Of a DNA stretch of 64,000 bases, positions 1 to 9,201 are shown piece by piece; the stretch's first letter is position 1, and each line of letters begins with the position of its first letter. The position numbers and the translations under genes are program-made. This DNA comes from an uncultured Candidatus Actinomarina sp. (GTDB taxonomy: Bacteria > Actinomycetota > Acidimicrobiia > Actinomarinales > Actinomarinaceae): the NCBI GenBank assembly GCA_902628045.1, contig CACOLU010000004.1, positions 8,665-72,664 of the forward strand. The letters are read 5' to 3'. The notes beneath the pieces were generated by a model. The model was not told the origin of the DNA and searched no databases. It worked only from the letters and a program-made list of their open reading frames with translations.

Positions 1-259
1 AAATGATTTGGCAATTAAGAGCATTTGGCCAAAAAAAGTAGTACTTCTTGATATTGATCCAAAAGTATCTTTATCTAGACAAAAGATTGTTGACAGAATT
101 GGAAGTGGAGAAATTGAATTTTTTCAAAAAGTTCGCAGCGGATACTTGCAACTTGCTAAAGAATTTGAAAATGACTTTCTAGTTTTAAATGCTGAGAAAA
201 ATATTGATGTAAATATAGAGGCCATTTGTGGCTGGTTAGAAATTGACAACAGTAAATAA
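1..259 (+). CDS. tmk: Thymidylate kinase, C-terminal fragment (gene begins upstream of the window)
   Basis: C-terminal pattern R..DR.E.E..F...VR.GYL.LA typical of dTMP kinase; 17-nt overlap with the downstream holB start, as in actinobacterial tmk-holB synteny. Confidence 0.55.
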   Translation, partial: NDLAIKSIWPKKVVLLDIDPKVSLSRQKIVDRIGSGEIEFFQKVRSGYLQLAKEFENDFLVLNAEKNIDVNIEAICGWLEIDNSK

Positions 260-1112
260 AAAATTATTACAAGAAGTAGAAGTACCATTTCACTCCTATT
301 TGTTATTTTCAAATTTTTCATCTGAGTTAATGAAACAAGCAAAAATGTTTGCAATGTTATTAGCTTTTGATTCAAAAGATTACGCTGAACACCCCGATAT
401 CAAGATTATAGATTCTGAAAATCTAAACACTTTAGGAGTTGAAGATATTAGAGATGTTATTAATAAAGATAGTCTTTCACCTATTGAGGGTAGATATAAA
501 GTAGTAATATTTCCTCCCGTAAAGTCATTAACCGAAGAAGCATCAAATGCATTACTTAAAACTATAGAAGAGCCTTCAAGTAGAAGTATTTTTATAATTT
601 TATCTTCAGGTAAGTTTTGGTCACATGCACGAGACGATTCTCAAAACACAATTTTATCTACGATAAAAAGTAGATGTAGGACAATATTTCTTGAATCTGA
701 GAATGAAATTAAATTTGATTTTTCAACTTTAGATTTCGAAAAATTTTTAGATGGTACATATTTAAATTTGGATGTAGAGAAGAACTTAGTTGAAAAATTA
801 CAAGAAGCTACACAGGATCTTAAGGAAATTAACGAAACTGAATCAGAAAGAATAAAACATTACCAAATTTTTCTCAACACAATTAATGAGTTCGTTTCCA
901 ATTTTGACGAAACCAGAAACATAACTTCAAACTCTGTTTTAGTAGAAAGTCTTACTTATTTAGGAAGTTCATTAATTATCCAGGAAAACCTTGATCAAGA
1001 TTACTATGATTTTATTCTAAAACTTGAAACTGCAATGCAAGAGATAAGTTCTGGTATGAGACCTCAAATAGTATTAAGTAATCTAACAATAAATTCAGGT
1101 TCAAATGAATAG
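243..1112 (+). CDS. holB: DNA polymerase III delta-prime subunit
   Basis: Clamp-loader AAA+ motifs: VVIFPPVKSLTEEASNALLKTIEEP (sensor-1 region), SRC-like TIKSRCRTIFL. Confidence 0.8.
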   Translation: MTTVNKKLLQEVEVPFHSYLLFSNFSSELMKQAKMFAMLLAFDSKDYAEHPDIKIIDSENLNTLGVEDIRDVINKDSLSPIEGRYKVVIFPPVKSLTEEASNALLKTIEEPSSRSIFIILSSGKFWSHARDDSQNTILSTIKSRCRTIFLESENEIKFDFSTLDFEKFLDGTYLNLDVEKNLVEKLQEATQDLKEINETESERIKHYQIFLNTINEFVSNFDETRNITSNSVLVESLTYLGSSLIIQENLDQDYYDFILKLETAMQEISSGMRPQIVLSNLTINSGSNE

Positions 1113-1929
1113 AATTGTTTTACTTGGCACAGGCTGCCCTAGTCCAAGCCATATTCGCTACGGTCCAAGCACTTTAATCTCTACAGAAAAACATAAAATA
1201 TTGATAGACGCTGGTTCTGGAGTAACACAAAGATTGAGCGAGTTCGGATTAGCCCCATCAGAAATAGATATCATTTTAATTACGCACCTTCACTCGGACC
1301 ATATTGTTGATTTATATCAACTTTATATTTCAGGGTGGCACACTGGAAGAACTAGGCCATTTAAAATCGTTGGACCAAAAGGTATAAAAAAGTTTTTCGA
1401 TAAAACTGTCGAAGCATATGCAGATGAATTAAATCTGAGAGTCGACTGGGAGAAAAGACCTAATCATGAAGGTTTAGATATAAACATTATTGAAATTGAT
1501 AATGAATTTATTTATGAAGAAATGGGCATAAAAATAACAAGTATTGAAGTACAACACCAACCTGTTGAGCCAGCTTATGGGTATCAAGTTTTCGTAGATG
1601 ATAAAAAAATAACTTATTCAGGTGACACGCGATATAGTAAAAATTTAGAGAAAGCTTCAAAAAATGCAGAATACTTAATTCATGAAGTTTTTGTAAGCCT
1701 TGCTTTTAATGAGAAAAGGATGACAGAAGATACACTAAAGAATGTAAAAGATTATCATTCTACGCCAAAAGATGTTGGTACTTTAGCAAAAGCAGCAAAT
1801 GTAAAAAAGCTAATATTAAACCATTTTGTTCCACCCGTATTTGATGAGGAAACTCTCAAGGCTGAAATATCGAAATATTACAAGGGTGAAATAATTATTG
1901 GTAAAGATCTAGATGAGTTTGTTTTATAA
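1105..1929 (+). CDS. MBL-fold metallo-hydrolase (RNase Z / ElaC-like)
   Basis: HxHxDH motif (THLHSDH), downstream His/Asp ligands, 274 aa; overlaps holB stop. Confidence 0.75.
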   Translation: MNRIVLLGTGCPSPSHIRYGPSTLISTEKHKILIDAGSGVTQRLSEFGLAPSEIDIILITHLHSDHIVDLYQLYISGWHTGRTRPFKIVGPKGIKKFFDKTVEAYADELNLRVDWEKRPNHEGLDINIIEIDNEFIYEEMGIKITSIEVQHQPVEPAYGYQVFVDDKKITYSGDTRYSKNLEKASKNAEYLIHEVFVSLAFNEKRMTEDTLKNVKDYHSTPKDVGTLAKAANVKKLILNHFVPPVFDEETLKAEISKYYKGEIIIGKDLDEFVL

Positions 1930-1978
1930 TTTGATGAACAATCTTTTCAACTTCTTTGATTAGTTGTAAAATACAGTC

Positions 1979-3247
1979 ATGGAAATACCTAAAGTACCTG
2001 GTTTACCAATAATTGGTCACTCTATACCATTTCAAAGAGATGCGCTTAATTTTACAGCTGAGAAGCAAAAAAAATATGGAGATATATTTCAGATTTCACT
2101 GTTAAATGAGAATTTTATAGTTCTTTTAACTCCTGAAATTACAAAAGAGGTCTTTTTAGATAAAGATGACAATTTTTCTTCAAAAGAAGGATGGGCAGTC
2201 ACATTAGGTCCAACATTTGAAAATGGATTGATGCTTCGTGACTTTGATGACCATAAGTATCATAGAACTCTTCTTCAAGATTCTTTTAGACACGATGCAA
2301 TTCGTAATTATCTTTCTATTATTCAACCAATTATCGATAATTGGATAGAAAGCATAAAAACTCAAAAATCATTTAATTTGTATGAATCAATAAAACAATT
2401 AATGTTCAATATATCTCTAAGTTTATTTTTTTTAGATGTAAAAAACCATGAATCCCAAAAGTTAAATAATCTTTTTATGGATTCTATTGCATCTGCAACA
2501 TCAGCTGTTCGATGGCCTCTTCCATTTACCCAACTAAAGAAGGGCCTTAAAGCTAGAGAGTATCTACTTGATTATTTTCAGTCTAAGTCCCAGATGATTG
2601 ATGAAGAAAGTAAAAAAACACTATTTGCAGAATTAGTAAACACAAATAAAGGAGATGCTGGACTTAGTAATTTTGAGATTGCAGAACACATGATTTTTTT
2701 GCTACTTGCAGCTCATGACACAACAACAATAACACTTACTAATTCCATTTATAATCTCTCAAAAAATACAAATTTTTTAAATGATCTTCGAAAAGAAGCT
2801 TCAGAAGTTGATCCACTGGATATAACATCACTTAAAAATGGAAATTTTGCAGAATCAATTTTTAAAGAAGCAATCAGATTTTACCCACCAGTTCCATTTT
2901 CAATAAGAAGAGTTATGAGAGATACAAAAATTGGAGGCTACGATGTAGATGGTGGGACTTATCTAACAATAAGTCCTTTACTCATACATCATGATGAGAG
3001 GTATTGGGATAATCCGTCAATTTTTGATCCGTACAGATTTATAGATCCAAGCTATACGAATCAAGCTTATTTCCCCTTCGCTGGGGGTGCGCATACCTGT
3101 ATTGGAAAGTTTTTTGCTAGTTATATGTTTAAAAATGTAATTTATAAGTATGTTCAAAATGTTGAGCTACCTTCAATTGACAAAAGTCTAAATATTAGGC
3201 CTACTCCAATCCCTCACCCCATTGAGGACGTTAAAGTAACAATTTAA
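1979..3247 (+). CDS. Cytochrome P450 monooxygenase
   Basis: Heme-thiolate loop FPFAGGAHTCIGKFFA (FxxGxxxCxG), I-helix-like AAHDTTT, ExxR-like region; 422 aa. Confidence 0.85.
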   Translation: MEIPKVPGLPIIGHSIPFQRDALNFTAEKQKKYGDIFQISLLNENFIVLLTPEITKEVFLDKDDNFSSKEGWAVTLGPTFENGLMLRDFDDHKYHRTLLQDSFRHDAIRNYLSIIQPIIDNWIESIKTQKSFNLYESIKQLMFNISLSLFFLDVKNHESQKLNNLFMDSIASATSAVRWPLPFTQLKKGLKAREYLLDYFQSKSQMIDEESKKTLFAELVNTNKGDAGLSNFEIAEHMIFLLLAAHDTTTITLTNSIYNLSKNTNFLNDLRKEASEVDPLDITSLKNGNFAESIFKEAIRFYPPVPFSIRRVMRDTKIGGYDVDGGTYLTISPLLIHHDERYWDNPSIFDPYRFIDPSYTNQAYFPFAGGAHTCIGKFFASYMFKNVIYKYVQNVELPSIDKSLNIRPTPIPHPIEDVKVTI

Positions 3248-3846
3248 GACTCAATCATCTTCCACAAATGCAAACAAGCGTGAGTTTTGTATGGATCCCA
3301 TTTTTCTGCATAAGTTTCAAAATGTTTTTGAGTTGCATTTTTATCAATCATTCCTAGTTGAATCATTGCTTGTCTTAAAGCAGCATCACCATATGAAAAA
3401 ATATTCTTATTACGAATACAAAACATTTCAAACATGTCAACACTCCAAGGACCAATTCCAAAAATTTTTAATAATGACTTTTCTCTTTCGGCCTGAGTAA
3501 GACTGAAAAAATTTTTCACTGATTGTGTTTCAATCCAAATGATTACCGCTTTAATTGATTTGGCTTTGTTAAGGCTTAACCCTAAATTTTTTATTTGAAG
3601 AATATTAAGTTTTTCAAAGTTTTCTACTTTAAAACATTTTTCATTAAAATTTTCTAATATCTTACCTTTTATGCTTTTGGCAGCCAATGTTGAGATGAAT
3701 TGTGAAATAATTATATCTACAAGGGCATTAAAAGGATCTTTTTTATGGGTTGAAAATTTTATGGGTCCATTAGCTTTAATAACTTTTGATAAAATTTTAT
3801 CTTTTTTAATTAAAAATTTTTCTTCTATAGAGAAATCAGGATTCAT
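3244..3846 (-). CDS. HhH-GPD DNA glycosylase (3-methyladenine glycosylase II / AlkA-like)
   Basis: Helix-hairpin-helix GPD motif FGIGPWSVDMF...GDAALRQA with catalytic Asp region; 200 aa. Confidence 0.7.
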   Translation of the reverse strand: MNPDFSIEEKFLIKKDKILSKVIKANGPIKFSTHKKDPFNALVDIIISQFISTLAAKSIKGKILENFNEKCFKVENFEKLNILQIKNLGLSLNKAKSIKAVIIWIETQSVKNFFSLTQAEREKSLLKIFGIGPWSVDMFEMFCIRNKNIFSYGDAALRQAMIQLGMIDKNATQKHFETYAEKWDPYKTHACLHLWKMIES

Positions 3847-5025
3847 TTAGTCAATATCGAGTTTATTTAATTTCTTTAAATTTAAAAATAAAAACACACT
3901 CACAAACATACCTACAGAAACTAATCCTTTAAAACCCACTAGCAAATAAGATATTCCTAACGTCGTGTGGGCTGCAAAGCTTCCTAAGAATACATATGAA
4001 TCACTGCGAATATTTAAAGGGGTCTTAAATTTTAAAGAAAATTTAGATATTGCTGAACTAATTGCCACGTAATTGAAGTTCCAACCAAGGCCAAGCAAAT
4101 AAAGTCCAATTTTAAGTCCAAGCGGTCCTGAGTCAAAAAATGTTGTCAAACAGCTTATGAATAAAATTCCAGTACCAATATATGTAAAACTTTTGTATCC
4201 GTACTTGTCAACATAATTACCTAAAATAGGAGATAGTAAAAACATCCCAAGTGTGTGGTAGCTAATAATAACACCGACTAATTCAACAGTTTCGCCAATA
4301 TCTTTCACATGAAGGGGCGTTGCAGACATAATTACGACCATTGTGAAATGATTCAGAACTAAAAGAAGTGTTAATATACTTCCATCTTTTTTTGATTCAA
4401 TTTCTTTTTGTACAACTTTTTCTACTTCTGCTGGGTCTCGTAACGAGCTGTTAGACGAAGTAAAGGTTAAAACGGATGCGGATGCAAAAAGCATACCAAC
4501 CATTGCAACTATATAACCAACAATTAACTCAGAATTAAATAAGTTTTCAAAGTAGTCAGAGTAGACACTAACTAATCTTGGTCCAAAAACTGATCCAAAA
4601 ACGGAAAACCAAACCGCTAGAGATAATGCTGTAGCTTTAAATTTTTCACTTGCTACAAATGAAGCAGCATATCTAGATTGAAGTGTTGCTGATTGTCCAA
4701 ATCCAAGTATTAATGCTCCAACCATCAATAAAAAGAATGAGTCAACAATAAGACTGTAAAACAACACTACACTTCCAATTGCTCCAACAAAAAATGTCAC
4801 AGATAGTGCAGCAAGTCTTGAATATTTCTTTGAAATTTTATAAAACATTTGGGTTCCAAGAAAAGCACCACCAACTCCTACAGCATTTGGAAACCCAAGA
4901 AATAAAGGATTATTTGAAACTTCTCTTGCAGCTAACACAGTAACAGTGATGGCAGCTATGAAACCAATTGATGAAAAGCCAACTGATAGTAAAAGACCAG
5001 ATATTTTTTTAGTATCGGAAATCAT
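3847..5025 (-). CDS. MFS transporter
   Basis: About 12 predicted hydrophobic helices, 392 aa, typical MFS size and organisation. Confidence 0.65.
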   Translation of the reverse strand: MISDTKKISGLLLSVGFSSIGFIAAITVTVLAAREVSNNPLFLGFPNAVGVGGAFLGTQMFYKISKKYSRLAALSVTFFVGAIGSVVLFYSLIVDSFFLLMVGALILGFGQSATLQSRYAASFVASEKFKATALSLAVWFSVFGSVFGPRLVSVYSDYFENLFNSELIVGYIVAMVGMLFASASVLTFTSSNSSLRDPAEVEKVVQKEIESKKDGSILTLLLVLNHFTMVVIMSATPLHVKDIGETVELVGVIISYHTLGMFLLSPILGNYVDKYGYKSFTYIGTGILFISCLTTFFDSGPLGLKIGLYLLGLGWNFNYVAISSAISKFSLKFKTPLNIRSDSYVFLGSFAAHTTLGISYLLVGFKGLVSVGMFVSVFLFLNLKKLNKLDID

Positions 5026-5099
5026 AGTTAAAGATTAGCCAAAGAATTATTTAAAGTTTCGTATGTATATTAATTGAAATTCATAATAATTTCATTACT

Positions 5100-5175
5100 A
5101 TACAAGTTGCATAGAGAGAGGAATTCCTCAGCAACCTAGTTGCCAACTAAGGTGCTTTTTGATGTGGTTATACAA
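5100..5175 (+). promoter_or_regulatory. SAM-I/IV-family riboswitch aptamer (copy 1) in the metK leader
   Basis: Blocks AGAGAGG...CCTCAGCAACCT...AAGGTGCT...GATGTGG; the SAM-I/IV core motifs AGAGnGG, GCAACC, GGUGC are recalled from memory. A second copy with the same blocks and different spacers lies upstream of metY. Confidence 0.6.
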
Positions 5176-5221
5176 CAAAAATTGGCGTTCTTAAACTTGC
5201 ATAATTAATTTTGGAGTTTTT

Positions 5222-6310
5222 TTGACAAAATATGTAACTGCCGAAACTGTTTCGCCTGGGCACCCAGATAAAATTGCAGACTTAATCTCAGATTATGTTC
5301 TTACCAAAGCTTTGCAAAATAATAGTTCATCAAGAGTTGCAGTAGAGACTTTTCTTACTGGAACAAAGAAAGGTGGTTTAGTTCTTGTTGGTGGAGAAAT
5401 TAGTGAGGTCGCAGCAATATCTACTGATGAAGTTATTTCAATTGTTAAAGAAGCATTGAAAATAACTATAAAAACTAGTTTTGAAGATTTTGATTTTGAT
5501 AATTTATCAATTTATAACGAATTAACTCCACAATCTGAGGAAATTCGAGCAGCTGTTGAAGATGATGTGGACCAAGGTGCTGGCGATCAAGGAATTATGA
5601 TAGGATTTGCAACTAATAAAACAAAATCGTTTATGCCACCAACATTTGATATTTCCAGAAACATACAAAAATCTCTATGGGATCTTCAAAAATCAGATGA
5701 GATGCTTGATCTTGACTCAAAAGTACAAGTAACTAGTGGAGGAGAAATAACAAAAGTTGTCGTATCGACCCAACATAAGAGAGAGATTAATATGGAAAAA
5801 CTATTTGAAGATGTTTCAAGTATTGTCGCTCACCATGTTGAATCTGAATTTAAGTTAGATTTGAATCCATCTGGATCATTTGTCAAGGGAGGTCCAGCTG
5901 GTGATACTGGGCTTACTGGTCGAAAGATAGTTGTTGATTCTTATGGCCCAACAATACCAGTAGGCGGTGGTGCATTTTCAGGAAAAGATCCTAGTAAGGT
6001 AGATAGATCAGCTGCTTATGCTGCAAGACATTTAGCAAAAAATGTTGTAGCACATAAATTAGCAAGTGAATGTTTAGTGAGAGTTTCATATGCAATTGGT
6101 AAAGCTGAACCATACGAGTTATCAATAGACACTTTTGATACACTTAAAATTGAAGAAAGTAAATTAAATGATTTTGTTGGAAAGTTTGATATGAAACCAG
6201 GAGCTATTATTGAAAGATTAAACCTAACTAAAGTAGATTACAGAAGAGATACTTTATTTTCTCATTTTGGACATGATGAGAGAAGTTGGGAAAAAATAGA
6301 AAACATTTAA
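5222..6310 (+). CDS. metK: S-adenosylmethionine synthetase
   Basis: GHPDKIADLISD, GAGDQGIMIGFA, GGGAFSGKDPSKVDRSAAYAAR signature motifs; TTG start. Confidence 0.9.
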   Translation: MTKYVTAETVSPGHPDKIADLISDYVLTKALQNNSSSRVAVETFLTGTKKGGLVLVGGEISEVAAISTDEVISIVKEALKITIKTSFEDFDFDNLSIYNELTPQSEEIRAAVEDDVDQGAGDQGIMIGFATNKTKSFMPPTFDISRNIQKSLWDLQKSDEMLDLDSKVQVTSGGEITKVVVSTQHKREINMEKLFEDVSSIVAHHVESEFKLDLNPSGSFVKGGPAGDTGLTGRKIVVDSYGPTIPVGGGAFSGKDPSKVDRSAAYAARHLAKNVVAHKLASECLVRVSYAIGKAEPYELSIDTFDTLKIEESKLNDFVGKFDMKPGAIIERLNLTKVDYRRDTLFSHFGHDERSWEKIENI

Positions 6311-6339
6311 TAGTCTTGAAATCATTTGATATAATTTTA

Positions 6340-6451
6340 GAAGCATACAGAGAAGGTTAAGACCTCGGCAACCTGGATGACTATTCAAGGTGCTAGAAGA
6401 TGTGGCAGAAATGCAACTAATTAGTCAAACTCCTTCTCCAAGATAAAGGAG
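6340..6451 (+). promoter_or_regulatory. SAM-I/IV-family riboswitch (copy 2) with RBS-sequestering hairpin in the metY leader
   Basis: Same conserved blocks as copy 1 (AGAGAAGG..CCTCGGCAACCTGG..AAGGTGCT..GATGTGG); CTCCTT (6430-6435) is a perfect complement of the SD AAGGAG (6446-6451) ahead of the TTG start at 6458. Confidence 0.6.
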
Positions 6452-6457
6452 AAATAA

Positions 6458-7738
6458 TTGAAGTTTAATTCAAAATTAATACATGCAGGCTGGGATTCAG
6501 ATGCTGATGCAGAAGGGTCTATAACAGTACCAATTTATAAAACTACAGCATACCAATTTAATAACACTGAACATGCTGCAAATTTATTTGGTTTAAAAGA
6601 GTTTGGAAATATATATTCCAGACTTGGCAATCCAACAGTTGGGGCACTTGAAGCAAGGCTCACAGCACTAGAAGAGGGGGCAATGTGTGTTGCTCTTTCA
6701 TCAGGAACTTCAGCAGTAATGTATTCACTTATAAACATTATGAGTCAAGGAGATAATTTTGTTACAGCTAACCAACTTTATGGTGGAACTTACACAATGT
6801 TTGATAACATTTTACCTGAATATGGTATTGATTCTAAAAAAGTTGATATTACTGATTTGTTAGCAGTTGAAAATGCAATCGACGACAAAACAAGAGCAAT
6901 TTATTGTGAAACTATAACAAATCCGGGTTTAGTTGTTGCAGATATCTCAGCTTTATCTGAGATTGCGCACTCAAAAGGCATCCCTTTAATTGTTGATGCA
7001 ACATTTACTACTTCAGCTATATTAAAACCTTTTGAATTTGGTGCAGATATTGTTGTTTATTCATTAACAAAGTGGATGTCAGGTCACGGAAGGGTTATTG
7101 CTGGAGCAGTTATTGAAAAAGGAGGTTTTGACTGGGGTAATGGAAACTTTCCTTTATATGACAAACCAGATACAAGTTACGGTGGTATGAGATGGGGTCA
7201 TGACTTGGGTGATTTAGGAAATGTTGCTTATTCATTAAGGCTGAGAACAGTTCCTCTAAGAAATCTTGGAGCAAATATGGGCCCTGAAACTGCATTTGAA
7301 GTTTTGAGTGGTCTTGAAACATTAGGTCTAAGAATGGAACGACACTGTGAAAATGCAATAAAAGCAGCAGAGTATTTATCTAATCATGAACTTGTTGAAT
7401 GGGTAAGGTTTCCAGGTTTGAAAGACGACCCAGCTTATGAGTTATCAAAAAAATATCTTAAAGGTACAGGCGGGACAATGGTTGTTTTTGGTATTAAAGG
7501 TGGAAAAGATGCTGGTCAGATGTTTATAGATAATCTCAAGATGTTTAGACATGTGGCAAATGTCGGAGATACTAGATCTCTAGCAATACATCCAGCATCT
7601 ACTACACATTCACAACTTGACGATGAGCAACTTGTCGCTGCAGGAGCACCACCTGAACTTGTTAGGTTATCAATTGGTATTGAAGATATTGAAGATATCA
7701 TTGAAGACTTAACACAAGCTCTTGAAAGTACAAAGTAA
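6458..7738 (+). CDS. metY: O-acetylhomoserine sulfhydrylase (PLP-dependent, Cys/Met-metabolism family)
   Basis: N-terminal HAGW..TGA..PIY.TT.Y pattern, PLP-lysine region SLTKWMSGHG, 426 aa. Confidence 0.85.
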   Translation: MKFNSKLIHAGWDSDADAEGSITVPIYKTTAYQFNNTEHAANLFGLKEFGNIYSRLGNPTVGALEARLTALEEGAMCVALSSGTSAVMYSLINIMSQGDNFVTANQLYGGTYTMFDNILPEYGIDSKKVDITDLLAVENAIDDKTRAIYCETITNPGLVVADISALSEIAHSKGIPLIVDATFTTSAILKPFEFGADIVVYSLTKWMSGHGRVIAGAVIEKGGFDWGNGNFPLYDKPDTSYGGMRWGHDLGDLGNVAYSLRLRTVPLRNLGANMGPETAFEVLSGLETLGLRMERHCENAIKAAEYLSNHELVEWVRFPGLKDDPAYELSKKYLKGTGGTMVVFGIKGGKDAGQMFIDNLKMFRHVANVGDTRSLAIHPASTTHSQLDDEQLVAAGAPPELVRLSIGIEDIEDIIEDLTQALESTK

Positions 7739-7940
7739 TTAAATACAGTATTACTTTCTAATATTCGAATTTGATTCAAGTAAATTGATAGAACTTGAAT
7801 GATTTAAAAATATGATTAAAAACCGTGAAAAACTTCGCGAAAAATACATTAATGAATCTCTTGCATAGTACTAAAAACTAACGTATATTTATAGAACACT
7901 ATCGGAAAATAAATCGCAAGATTGAAAATAAGATAGAACA

Positions 7941-7990
7941 GAAAATCCCGAAGGGTCGCAAGATCAATCGGGATTTTTGCTTTTTTCTAG
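7941..7990 (+). terminator. Rho-independent terminator hairpin (GAAAATCCCGA...TCGGGATTTT followed by a T-tract)
   Basis: 10-bp inverted repeat followed by TTTTGCTTTTTTC, read directly from sequence. Confidence 0.6.
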
Positions 7991-8013
7991 TGAAATTAAA
8001 TTAAAATTTAAAT

Positions 8014-8853
8014 ATGCAAATCTACTTAGTCGATGGAACATACGAACTTTTTAGGGCACATTTTGGTTATCCGAGTAGAAAGACTAAACAAGGTAAAGAA
8101 GTAGGAGCATTAAAAGGATATGTAAACCACTTGCAATCCTTGAAAAAGAATTATGAATATATAGGTGTTGCATTCGATTCAAAGGTTGAATCTTTTAGAA
8201 ATGAAATTTATAACGAATACAAATCTAGCAAAAATATTGATAAAGAAATATTAGATCAATTTCCTTTGGCTGAAAAAGTTACAGAATTACTTGGACTTAC
8301 TTTATTATCAATGGATCATTACGAAGCAGATGATGCTATTGCGTCTGTATGTGAACTATTTAAAAATGAAAATATAGAAATTATTATTGGATCATTAGAT
8401 AAAGATTTAATGCAATGTCTAAATGTTAATAATATTTCAATGTACTCCACTAGGTATAAATCTTTTACAACAGGAGATGATGTTTATAAAAAATTTGGAG
8501 TACATCCTCATCAAATACCAGATTTCCTCGCTCTTGTTGGTGATTCTTCTGATGGCATTCCAGGTATGAATGGTATTGGCGAAAAAACAGCATCGTTGCT
8601 ACTTCAAGAGTATGAAAACATTGAAAATATTTATCAAAATCTAAATACATGGAAAAACAATATAAGAAGTGGAGAAAGACATGCAAACACAATATTCGAA
8701 AACTATGAATTGCTTAAGCTATTTAAAAGCCTTACTACTTTGAGATTGGACGTTAAAGTACCTAAAACTATAGAAAAATATTCATTATCTCAACTCAGCT
8801 CTGTTGAATTAAAAAAATTTTCTGAAAAATATCAACTTAATATTAGTTTTTAA
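8014..8853 (+). CDS. 5'-3' exonuclease (FEN / Pol I N-terminal-domain-like, stand-alone)
   Basis: MQIYLVDGTYELFRA start typical of 5'-3' exonuclease/FEN; acidic metal-ligand clusters (DSK, EADD, DKDL, GDSSDGIPG) and helix-3-turn-helix GIGEKTA. Confidence 0.8.
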   Translation: MQIYLVDGTYELFRAHFGYPSRKTKQGKEVGALKGYVNHLQSLKKNYEYIGVAFDSKVESFRNEIYNEYKSSKNIDKEILDQFPLAEKVTELLGLTLLSMDHYEADDAIASVCELFKNENIEIIIGSLDKDLMQCLNVNNISMYSTRYKSFTTGDDVYKKFGVHPHQIPDFLALVGDSSDGIPGMNGIGEKTASLLLQEYENIENIYQNLNTWKNNIRSGERHANTIFENYELLKLFKSLTTLRLDVKVPKTIEKYSLSQLSSVELKKFSEKYQLNISF

Positions 8854-8892
8854 AATCTTTATATTTTTTTAAACTTTTACTACTCTCATATT

Positions 8893-9186
8893 GTGAAAAA
8901 ATTTGCATTTGTACTTAGTTTGTTTTTAATCATGACACCAGTTGCCTCTGTGTTAGCTGATGATCATATTGAGGAAGATGAAACCCAACAGGGAGAAATG
9001 AATGAGAACCTACCAGTACCTGCAATAGTTATAGAGGAACCACCAGAGCAGATAGAGGATGTAGCTTGGACTTACAGGTTTTTAATTCCAACTACTGTTG
9101 CGATAGCTACTCTGGTGATTCTTGGTAATGTCATTCAGTACTTCAGACAAGTAACAAGAAAAAGATACAAAGTTATAGAAAAATAA
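8893..9186 (+). CDS. Hypothetical small secreted/anchored acidic protein
   Basis: N-terminal signal peptide, acidic Glu-rich middle, C-terminal TM helix plus basic tail; 97 aa. Confidence 0.45.
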   Translation: MKKFAFVLSLFLIMTPVASVLADDHIEEDETQQGEMNENLPVPAIVIEEPPEQIEDVAWTYRFLIPTTVAIATLVILGNVIQYFRQVTRKRYKVIEK

Positions 9187-9201
9187 ATTAGTCTTCTTGT
9201 A

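Noticed and set aside
124-375. 83-aa minus-strand ORF overlapping tmk/holB. Similar antisense ORFs occur at 3291-3500, 6535-6738, 7110-7358, 7516-7779, 8465-8692, 9531-9800, 10357-10638, 11498-11788, 15820-16194, 17274-17807, 27512-27742, 28622-28879, 35312-35584, 52133-52405, 54660-54959, 57141-57344 and elsewhere
   Set aside because: All lie entirely inside well-supported genes on the opposite strand or frame and have low-complexity AT-codon translations with no motifs. They are typical shadow ORFs of an AT-rich genome.
5176-5221. Possible intrinsic terminator AAACT...AGTTTTTTT as the expression platform of the metK riboswitch
   Set aside because: The stem is only 5 AT-rich base pairs with an 18-nt loop, too weak to call. 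The regulatory mechanism for copy 1 is left undetermined.
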